Shown piece after piece: positions 56,869-64,000 of a stretch of DNA of 64,000 nt. Under the pieces are notes generated by a model, which saw only the letters and a program-made list of their open reading frames with translations, ran no database searches and was not told the origin of the DNA. Made by a program: the position numbers and the translations under genes. Source of the stretch: Bryobacterales bacterium (lineage in GTDB: Bacteria > Acidobacteriota > Terriglobia > Bryobacterales > Bryobacteraceae). Every line of letters starts with the position of its first letter. Positions within the stretch are counted from its first letter, which is position 1. Location: contig CAWJUX010000002.1 in NCBI GenBank assembly GCA_963846175.1, forward strand, positions 20-64,019, written 5' to 3'.

Positions 56869-59058
56869 ATGATTTCTCAGCTTGCGCAAATTTGCGAAAA
56901 CTGCGGCGCACAGGTTGCGCCTGAAAATAAATTCTGCCAAGGGTGCGGCAGGCCGGTGGCGCCAGCGCCGGTCCAGACAAGTACTGTCGAAGCTGCGGAT
57001 CAACACAGCCGGTTGAAGAAGCTTTATCATCAGGCGCTTCAAGTCGATCCAGCACAGCGCGATGAATTCCTGGTGAGCATGTGTGAGGGCGATACGGCGT
57101 TGCTGGCCGAAATCCGCCGCATTTTCGCGAACCTGGCTGCTTCCCAAAGCCAACCGAGTTCTACGCTCAATGCCCCAGTTGAATCCCAAGCTGAGCTGAT
57201 TGGAGCCTACCGCGTGCTGCGTGAACTCGGGCGGGGCGGCATGGGCGTAGTGTATTTGGCGGTTCGAGATGACGGAGCTTTCCGCAAGAATGTCGCGCTG
57301 AAGCTGCTGTTGCGCGAGTGTGTGACTACCGAGTTCATCTCAAGATTCAAACAAGAGCGCCAGGTGCTGGCGGCGATGGACCATCCGAATATCGCCCGCA
57401 TTCTGGATGGCGGCGATACAACGGACGGAATGCCTTACTACGTGATGGAATTCGTGGAAGGGCAGGCGCTGGACAGATATTGCGATCAGCAGCGAGTGTC
57501 GCTGAGCGGCCGGCTGAAGTTGATGCAGCAGGTTTGCCTGGCGGTCGATTATCTGCACCAGAACTCCATCCTGCACAGGGATTTGAAGCCCAGCAATATT
57601 CTGGTTTCGTCCGATGGCGTGGTGAAGCTGCTGGACTTCGGGATCGCCAAGGTGGTGGGTGCTGGATCCTATGCAAATCCGGAGTTGACTACCGCGCAGG
57701 GGCATCCGATGACGCCCACTTATGCTAGCCCGGAGCAGATTTCCGGCGTGACGCTGCAGAAGACGTCCGATATTTATTCGCTCGGCGCCATTCTTTACAC
57801 ACTACTGACGGGGCGTTCCGCCTATAACGACCTGGATGAAAAGCTGGCGAAGATAGCGGCGGGGGAAACGCCGACCAAGCCAAGCACGAACATCCGGCAA
57901 GATCTACGGTCGGCGGAGACGACGGCGCAATTCCGGCGGGCGATGATGGGCGAACTGGACAGCATTGTTCTGAAAGCGATGCAGATTGATCCTAAGAACC
58001 GCTATCAATCGGCCGCAGAGCTGGCGCAAGACCTGCAGCGGTTTATGGAAGGCGGCCAGGTCACCGCCTATCACACCTCGGCTGCAGTGCGAAGTGTGAA
58101 GCTGTTGAAGCGCAAGAGTCTGGCGATCGCCATGGCTTGCCTGATTCTAGCGTTGGCCGGATTCGGGGCGTGGGCGTGGCTGCGATTGGAACGTCAGAAG
58201 GCGGAAGCCGCTGCAAATCAAGCGCGGTTGAGTGGGTTAATCGACCAATTGGAAACCCGAGCGGACAAGACGGCAGCTCCAGTGCAGGATGTGAATCAGT
58301 TCAAGGCGGCATTCCAGAAGGACTTCAGTTCCGCGGCCGACCATGACGTGTTGCTGGTGAAAGGAGTGCAATATCTGGACCGAGTGAGTGCGGAAGCACC
58401 CGCGAACCCGGATCTTAGTTCGGCGGTGGGGGATGCTTATGAGCAACTGGGCACTCTTCAGGAATCCACACCCAAGGCGGCGCTGGCGACTTATCAGAAA
58501 GCGGCGAACCACCTGGCTGGAGTGGCTGGTTCCGGGAGTAAAGAAGCGGAGCAGGCCAAGCAGCAGTTGGCCCATGTGAACGCACGAATAAGGGCTTTGG
58601 GTGGTGCGACGGTGGCTTTGAGAGAAGAACAGCCGCCAAGCATGACCCCGGCACCTGTGCCTGCGACGGAGACGCAAACGGTACAAGCGACTAATGATCC
58701 GGTTGTTAAGGAAAAGCCGAGGCGTACAGCGCCTATCGCGGTACAACAAGCAGTTGTCGAAACTCCTCCGCCGCCGCAGCCAACTCAGCCGGTGATTTCC
58801 GCTGATACGCAGGATCAACTCACGGCGGTGGCGGCGAAGGTGGATGCGGCGGAACAGGCGATTGCGCCGTTGCGCCAAAGCCTGGCGCAGCAAGGGCAGA
58901 CGCTGAACGCCGATACGCTGGCACGCATTTCCCGCATGCACTCCAGCCTGAATCGCGCACAGCGCGCGGTCGCGGCCGGTAATGAGGCAGACGCGAAGGA
59001 AAGCCTGGCGGCGGCTGAGGCTTTAGCCGCGAAGTTGTTAGCGTCGGTTGGACGATAG
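56869..59058 (+). CDS. Ser/Thr protein kinase with N-terminal zinc ribbon, one TM segment and an extracytoplasmic helical region
   Basis: CENCGAQVAPENKFCQGCG. Hanks motifs GRGGMGVVY, ALK, HRDLKPSNIL, DFG, SPEQ. TM segment LAIAMACLILALAGFGAWAWL. Confidence 0.9.
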   Translation: MISQLAQICENCGAQVAPENKFCQGCGRPVAPAPVQTSTVEAADQHSRLKKLYHQALQVDPAQRDEFLVSMCEGDTALLAEIRRIFANLAASQSQPSSTLNAPVESQAELIGAYRVLRELGRGGMGVVYLAVRDDGAFRKNVALKLLLRECVTTEFISRFKQERQVLAAMDHPNIARILDGGDTTDGMPYYVMEFVEGQALDRYCDQQRVSLSGRLKLMQQVCLAVDYLHQNSILHRDLKPSNILVSSDGVVKLLDFGIAKVVGAGSYANPELTTAQGHPMTPTYASPEQISGVTLQKTSDIYSLGAILYTLLTGRSAYNDLDEKLAKIAAGETPTKPSTNIRQDLRSAETTAQFRRAMMGELDSIVLKAMQIDPKNRYQSAAELAQDLQRFMEGGQVTAYHTSAAVRSVKLLKRKSLAIAMACLILALAGFGAWAWLRLERQKAEAAANQARLSGLIDQLETRADKTAAPVQDVNQFKAAFQKDFSSAADHDVLLVKGVQYLDRVSAEAPANPDLSSAVGDAYEQLGTLQESTPKAALATYQKAANHLAGVAGSGSKEAEQAKQQLAHVNARIRALGGATVALREEQPPSMTPAPVPATETQTVQATNDPVVKEKPRRTAPIAVQQAVVETPPPPQPTQPVISADTQDQLTAVAAKVDAAEQAIAPLRQSLAQQGQTLNADTLARISRMHSSLNRAQRAVAAGNEADAKESLAAAEALAAKLLASVGR

Positions 59059-59124
59059 AAAACAAAGTCACTGGTGAGCAACAATCGGATAGCAGGGTGG
59101 GAATTTCCGCGCCAAGCTGTAGTC

Positions 59125-60180
59125 ATGCAGTCCGACTTATTGTTTGATGAGGATTCGATGTGGAAGGCTGTGGAAGGCCGCGACCCTGCCTATGACGGCA
59201 AGTTTTTTTTCGGCGTTTTGACTACAGGCGTTTACTGCCGCCCTTCTTGCGCTTGCCGGCTGCCGCTGCGAAAAAATATCCGGTTTTTCCAAACCCCGGC
59301 GGAGGCTGAGCGCGCGGGCTTGCGCGCTTGCAAGCGTTGTCATCCAAATGAGCGGGGCCGGATTGGGGAGCTGGCTAAGTATATTCGCGAACATTCAGAT
59401 GAGAATTTGACGCTGGATGTTTTGGCGAAGCGGGCCGCGGTCAGTCCTTTTCATTTGCAGCGCAGTTTCAAAGCGGCGATGGGTGTTTCGCCGAAGCAGT
59501 TTGTTGAGGCCTGCCGGTTAAGCAAGTTGAAAGGGCAGCTGAGAAAAGGCGACCGGGTAACGGACGTGATTTACGATGCGGGTTTTGGTTCCAGCAGCCG
59601 GGTTTATGAGAAAGTTGACACGCATCTGGGAATGACGCCGGCGCAGTATCGTGCCGGTGGGCGGCAGATTCGGATCTCCTATGCTTCGGCTGATTCGGCG
59701 CTGGGACGCCTTATGATTGGGGCCACCGACCGCGGCATTTGTTTTCTACAATTCGCAGAGTCAGACGCTGACCTGTTGCGGATGCTGGGTGAAGAATATC
59801 CGGCAGCTACTGTCGAGCCGATGAAAGAGAGTTCGGCGGCGCAGTTTGAACTTTGGATGGCGGCGTTGAATGAGCATTTAGCGGGGAAGGCCAACAAAAT
59901 CGAGCTGCCGCTGGATATTCGCGCGACGGCTTTTCAGTGGAAGGTCTGGCGGTATTTGCAGACGATTCCGTACGGAGCGGTGAAGTCCTACTCGGAAGTG
60001 GCCGTGGATCTTGGGCAACCAACCGCAGCCCGAGCGGTGGCGCGCGCGTGCGCGACGAACCGGGTGGCGCTGGTCATACCCTGCCACCGGGTGATTCGAG
60101 GTAGCGGAGAGCTGGCGGGGTATAAGTGGGGGCTGGATCGGAAGCGCGCTCTGATTGACCGTGAGCGAGCTACGAAGTAG
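59125..60180 (+). CDS. ada: bifunctional Ada-type regulator / O6-methylguanine-DNA methyltransferase
   Basis: Ada Zn cluster (YCRPSCACRLP...CKRCHP), AraC-type HTH (SPFHLQRSFK) and the MGMT active site IPCHRVI. The ORF track opens at GTG 59074. Confidence 0.85.
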   Translation: MQSDLLFDEDSMWKAVEGRDPAYDGKFFFGVLTTGVYCRPSCACRLPLRKNIRFFQTPAEAERAGLRACKRCHPNERGRIGELAKYIREHSDENLTLDVLAKRAAVSPFHLQRSFKAAMGVSPKQFVEACRLSKLKGQLRKGDRVTDVIYDAGFGSSSRVYEKVDTHLGMTPAQYRAGGRQIRISYASADSALGRLMIGATDRGICFLQFAESDADLLRMLGEEYPAATVEPMKESSAAQFELWMAALNEHLAGKANKIELPLDIRATAFQWKVWRYLQTIPYGAVKSYSEVAVDLGQPTAARAVARACATNRVALVIPCHRVIRGSGELAGYKWGLDRKRALIDRERATK

Positions 60181-60182
60181 CT

Positions 60183-61736
60183 TTATGGCTCCAGATATTT
60201 GCCGAATACATGGACGGTGTTATCCACAGTGGTGAAGTAAGCACGGCCGTTGACCACGGTTAGGCCAGTGAGACTGCCGGCGGATTTAACCTGGTCTTTT
60301 GTAGAAAACATTTCCTGGCCAGTGGCAGCGTCCAGGACGTATAGGACGGCGTGGCTACCCTTGCCGGAGCGCATCTTGTCAGCCGAATACGTTCCGTTTG
60401 CGAGTGCGAAGACCGCGCCCTTTGCAACGATGGGCGGTACGGGCGATTCCAGATCATGCGAGACCCAGGCGGGGGTTAGTGTGGGAGCATCGGCGTCTGC
60501 AGAAAGTTTGAATGCGACGATTGAGCCGTTAGGTGCGTCCGCGCCCGGAATGGCTTTTCGAAGCTCTTCGCTGAGCGGTCCCCAGACAGGAGCGAGCACA
60601 TAACGCGAGCCATCCGTGTCTTCGAAGCTGGATAGTCCTCCCCAGATGCCGTGAGCGGAGTTGCCGGTGAGCTGCGGGATCACCATGCTTCTCGATAGGT
60701 AATGATGATGGTCATCGCTGCCGATGCCGGAGGATTTCAGAAGGTAAAGGCGGCCGTCTTGATTAGCGGCGACCACCATTTCCTGCCCTTTGTAGGTGAA
60801 GAGGAGCGGGCCGGTCTGATTCAGTTGCGAAGCATGGGCCGGCTTGCTCTCACTCGCGGGCATCACGAAATAGTCGCTTAGTGTGAGGTCCGGGTTCAGG
60901 GCGACCAGCGAGCCTCCGAACTTACCGGCATTCGGATCGAAAGAGCCGTCGCGGGTTTGGACGAAGACTTTGCCGTCAGATCCCATGGCCAAGCCAGCCA
61001 TACCGGCGATATCGGCTCCGAGTTTGAATGATTTGGGCTGGGGCGCGGTTTCGGATGTGTCGATGGACCAGACGGCTGCATCTTCTCCGCAGCCAGATTG
61101 AGTAGCGGTGAAGACGGTATCTTCCGAAATGGTGAGCGCTTCGGCCATGGCGCCGCTGTGCAGGAACGGCACCGGCGGATTGAGATCTTCGCCGTCGGCC
61201 TGGTTCACTTGCCGCAGAATTCCATCACCGGTTAGCACATAGATTGGCTCGGCGCGCCCAAAACGTGAGGCGGCGCTCCGCGATTTCTTTTGCGCTGGAG
61301 TTTCGTTAGTGCGGGCGCGGAACACAACCGGACCAGGCAGAACCGGAACAGCGGTTAGATTCCCGGCGCAGGCTTTGCTCTTACCGCCCTTAGAATCGCC
61401 ATCAAAATGCTTCGACCAATACATGCGGTCGAGATCGGCGTCAATGGCCCATAAGTGATTGTCGCTTCCGGCTATGAAGGCCAGTTCCTTGAAGCCTCGA
61501 TAACCAATAAGACGGCCCAGGACTACGGGTGGGAATAATGACTCATGCCGATTGGCGTCAGTCAACTTTCGCTCCCATAACAGGCGGAAGTCTTTGACAT
61601 CGTCTTTGGTGAAAGACTGTTCGTTCTTGCCAAAGTTGTCGCGTTGCGCGTCGCCTCCGAAGGTCCACCAGTCAGTCGTTCTTTGCGCATTGAGAGCGCA
61701 GGCACCGCAGAGGGCGAGGAGGATAACGAGTTTCAT
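60183..61736 (-). CDS. secreted PQQ-like (BamB-like) beta-propeller repeat protein, paralogue 2
   Basis: Signal peptide. The ATG shares one nucleotide with the upstream stop (TGATG). Clear paralogy to 61736..63322, e.g. HAVLYVLDAATGQEMFS / HAVIYALDGQTGKELWS. Confidence 0.75.
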   Translation of the reverse strand: MKLVILLALCGACALNAQRTTDWWTFGGDAQRDNFGKNEQSFTKDDVKDFRLLWERKLTDANRHESLFPPVVLGRLIGYRGFKELAFIAGSDNHLWAIDADLDRMYWSKHFDGDSKGGKSKACAGNLTAVPVLPGPVVFRARTNETPAQKKSRSAASRFGRAEPIYVLTGDGILRQVNQADGEDLNPPVPFLHSGAMAEALTISEDTVFTATQSGCGEDAAVWSIDTSETAPQPKSFKLGADIAGMAGLAMGSDGKVFVQTRDGSFDPNAGKFGGSLVALNPDLTLSDYFVMPASESKPAHASQLNQTGPLLFTYKGQEMVVAANQDGRLYLLKSSGIGSDDHHHYLSRSMVIPQLTGNSAHGIWGGLSSFEDTDGSRYVLAPVWGPLSEELRKAIPGADAPNGSIVAFKLSADADAPTLTPAWVSHDLESPVPPIVAKGAVFALANGTYSADKMRSGKGSHAVLYVLDAATGQEMFSTKDQVKSAGSLTGLTVVNGRAYFTTVDNTVHVFGKYLEP

Positions 61737-63322
61737 CAGTTTTGAGGAATTCCGAATGCGTAGAGCGTGCTGTCAAAGGTTCCAAGATAGACACGCCCGT
61801 TGGCGACAGACAAGCCGGAGAAGTGTGCGAAGGATTTGATCTGGTCGCCGCTAGACCACAGTTCCTTTCCGGTCTGACCATCAAGCGCATAGATCACTGC
61901 GTGACTTGAGCCGGCGATCCGCGTCTCAGAGGTGTTGGCAACCAAGCCTTGTTTGGCCGTGGCCTGAACTGTATCCTCACCGTTGCCGTACGCATAGACG
62001 ATTCCGTTGGCGATGACGGGCGGCTCCGCCAGATTCATGTCGCGCGATATCCAGGCGGGCTGCAATATGGTTTTGCCATCCTGATCTATGACTTTGAAGG
62101 CGACAATTGCGCCGTGGGTCACTGCGCCGTAGGAGACGGGAACTTTGAAATCGGGATGAACGGGTCCCCAAAAGGGGGTTAACACCCAGCGGGTGCCGTC
62201 CGCGTCCTGCCAGCTTGCCATGCTGCCCCAAACTCCCGCTGAGGCGAAGTTCACTTCTTCGTTGCACATCAGGGGGGTGCGGTAGAGAGGCGTGCGGTGG
62301 TCAGCGCCGCCAAGTGATTTGCTGTCGAGGAGGAAGACGCGGCATTCCTTGCTAGAGGTAGTGACCAGTTCGCGACCTTTATACTCGAACACGGCCGGGG
62401 TGACGTTCATGTCCAAGTCGCGCTTCCATAGGAAGGCGGCGTTGGAGGGGGCGTAATAATCCTTGAGGGTCAGCGTCTTTGCATTGACGGCGATCAGCGC
62501 TTCACTATAAATGTGCTTTTCCGGTTCGAACGGGCCGTCGCCGGTGGGGGCATAAACGGTACCGTCTTCGCCGACCGCAGGTCCGGTGCGTCCCCAAAGT
62601 CCGCCGCCGCCTCCGGGCATGAAGTCGCTGACTTTCTTGCTGGCGAGGTCGATACCCCAGACTTCGTTTTTATTGCCGCCGCAGCCTTGCGCTGTTGTGC
62701 TGTAGATGTATCCGTCGAAGAGGTTCAGCGCATACGCTTTAGCGTTCGGCGGAAGAAAAGGAACAGGCGTGGCGACTTCTTCGCCGTCGGCAACATTCAA
62801 TTGATGGAGCATGCCATCTGAGGAGGCGGCATAGACGGTGCGGGCTGTATCCGGAGATTTGGGCGCCAGTACGGGAGTCGCCACTAGACCGCCCGGGCAC
62901 AAGGGGCCACGGCCTGACTGCTGCGGCTTTTCGGATTTGTATTCGAAGTGCTTGCTCCAGAGCAGGGAGCCGGTGGCGACGTCGATTCCGAAGAGGTTAT
63001 CGGAAGAGCCAGCCTCGACTGCGATCTGTTTCTCGCCGGACGAGGTCTTCACATCGCCGGCAATCAAGGGCGGGAACAACGAGTGCATTTCACGGGGCTG
63101 GTTGTCGAGTCGCAGCTTCCAGAGGAGCTTCAGGTTTTGGGCATTGTCTTTGCCGACAATGGTTTCCTCGCGCTGCCAGCCGTCGCGCTTCGAACTTCCG
63201 CCGTCGGTGGGCCAGTCGGCCGCAGAAGCGAGGCAGCAGCCCGCCAACAAGGTGAATGCGGTCAGTTTGATGCGCATGGTTAATTGAAGTGTGGAGATTG
63301 AACGACCGTTCATTTTTATCAC
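61736..63322 (-). CDS. secreted PQQ-like (BamB-like) beta-propeller repeat protein, paralogue 1
   Basis: Signal-like LTAFTLLAGCCLASAADWP. Repeated LW/ATP..A.G.VY propeller blades. Confidence 0.75.
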   Translation of the reverse strand: MIKMNGRSISTLQLTMRIKLTAFTLLAGCCLASAADWPTDGGSSKRDGWQREETIVGKDNAQNLKLLWKLRLDNQPREMHSLFPPLIAGDVKTSSGEKQIAVEAGSSDNLFGIDVATGSLLWSKHFEYKSEKPQQSGRGPLCPGGLVATPVLAPKSPDTARTVYAASSDGMLHQLNVADGEEVATPVPFLPPNAKAYALNLFDGYIYSTTAQGCGGNKNEVWGIDLASKKVSDFMPGGGGGLWGRTGPAVGEDGTVYAPTGDGPFEPEKHIYSEALIAVNAKTLTLKDYYAPSNAAFLWKRDLDMNVTPAVFEYKGRELVTTSSKECRVFLLDSKSLGGADHRTPLYRTPLMCNEEVNFASAGVWGSMASWQDADGTRWVLTPFWGPVHPDFKVPVSYGAVTHGAIVAFKVIDQDGKTILQPAWISRDMNLAEPPVIANGIVYAYGNGEDTVQATAKQGLVANTSETRIAGSSHAVIYALDGQTGKELWSSGDQIKSFAHFSGLSVANGRVYLGTFDSTLYAFGIPQN

Positions 63323-63356
63323 ACTTGGTTCGGAATCAGCGTGTCAACATGTCGTT

Positions 63357-63821
63357 ATGGGCTGTGTTCGAGTTTCCGCTTTTCTTCTTATTTCGTCGCT
63401 GGCGTTTGCCCAGAAATCGCAATTGCCGGATGGGGCGGGTAAGGATACATTTGTGAGGGTTTGCAGCGCTTGCCATGCGCCCGAGATGGTGCTTGGGAAG
63501 GGCAACACGCGTGATGGATGGACTCAACTTGTGGGTGAGATGATTTCGCGGGGAGCTCAGGGCTCGGATGATGACTTCGCGACCGTTGTGGATTATCTGA
63601 CGGCGAATTTCCCGCCACAGTCGGATGTGCAGAAGGTGAATGTGAATAAGGCCGATGCCCCGGCTTTGCAGTCGGGGCTCCAGTTAGCGGCCAAGGATGC
63701 GACCTCGATTGTGGATTACCGCAAGCAGAATGGGGACTTTAAGAGCTTTGAGGATTTGAAGAAGGTTCCTGGGGTGGATTTGGCTAAGTTGAGCAGTGTT
63801 CGGGATCGAATTTCGTTTTAG
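63357..63821 (+). CDS. c-type cytochrome fused to a ComEA-like helix-hairpin-helix domain
   Basis: Signal MGCVRVSAFLLISSLAFAQ. Heme motif CSACHAP with a downstream Met. C-terminus VNVNKADAPALQ...IVDYRKQNGDFKSFEDLKKVPGVDLAKL is typical of ComEA HhH. Confidence 0.7.
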   Translation: MGCVRVSAFLLISSLAFAQKSQLPDGAGKDTFVRVCSACHAPEMVLGKGNTRDGWTQLVGEMISRGAQGSDDDFATVVDYLTANFPPQSDVQKVNVNKADAPALQSGLQLAAKDATSIVDYRKQNGDFKSFEDLKKVPGVDLAKLSSVRDRISF

Positions 63822-63935
63822 GGTGGTCGAGATCAGGCACCTGTCTTGAAGCTCTTTTGAGGTGATGTATGGCCAGACATTACGGCTAAAGTGACAAGAA
63901 TGGATGCATCGGTAGCTGAAGCAAAAAGTCGTTTG

Positions 63936-63954
63936 CCTTCAGCGGGCCTGAAGG
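63936..63954. terminator. hairpin between the convergent cytochrome c gene and the tRNA gene
   Basis: CCTTCAG-CGGGC-CTGAAGG. On the minus strand it lies 19 nt past the tRNA 3' end, with a T5 run 9 nt after it. Confidence 0.4.
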
Positions 63955-63973
63955 TACTTTCCCAAAAACCGAA

Positions 63974-64000
63974 TGGTGAGCCGGGCGGGACTCGAACCCG
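63974..64000 (-). tRNA. 3' part of a tRNA gene (CCA encoded), truncated by the window edge
   Basis: The reverse complement reads CGGG-TTCGAGT-CCCGC-CCGGCTC-A-CCA: part of the 5' T-stem strand, T-loop, 3' T-stem strand, acceptor strand, discriminator, CCA. Identity cannot be determined. Confidence 0.6.

Overview
64-kb chromosomal window, moderately GC-rich. Gene content suggests an Acidobacteriota-type genome (inference): a carboxypeptidase-regulatory-like TonB-dependent receptor, a CadC-like wHTH-TPR regulator, PQQ-like beta-propellers, a zinc-ribbon Ser/Thr kinase and a CsgG-like protein. I can support about 55 protein-coding genes, one complete tRNA-Ala(GGC), a partial tRNA at the right edge and one complete IS3-family insertion sequence. 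Recognisable housekeeping genes are thrB-thrC, lpxD/lpxA, serS, a gnd-like gene, ada and a czcCBA-type RND efflux operon. Points worth a second look: (1) a peroxiredoxin gene whose peroxidatic Cys codon is an in-frame TGA followed by a SECIS-like hairpin, so a candidate selenoprotein. (2) Five frame disruptions, all in the +1 direction, within 2.6 kb across zwf-opcA-pgl-capA, while the other long genes are intact. (3) A Fic-domain plus HTH two-gene cassette ('mobile mystery protein A/B' type) with two palindromic operator repeats. It lies at the 3' side of tRNA-Ala, next to a truncated LuxR-type gene and a DHp-only histidine-kinase fragment. (4) A 550-bp G-depleted non-coding stretch carrying at least 7 copies of a TTCG(N)AAAT-type motif. 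(5) A 61-residue C-terminal module shared by a Ser/Thr kinase and the small secreted protein encoded just upstream. (6) A TonB receptor, Tat-signal PLP aminotransferase and SulP transporter gene string. (7) A TacA/TacT-like toxin-antitoxin pair whose toxin lacks a canonical start codon. No CRISPR array or rRNA was seen. All calls come from reading the sequence and the translations; no database search was run.
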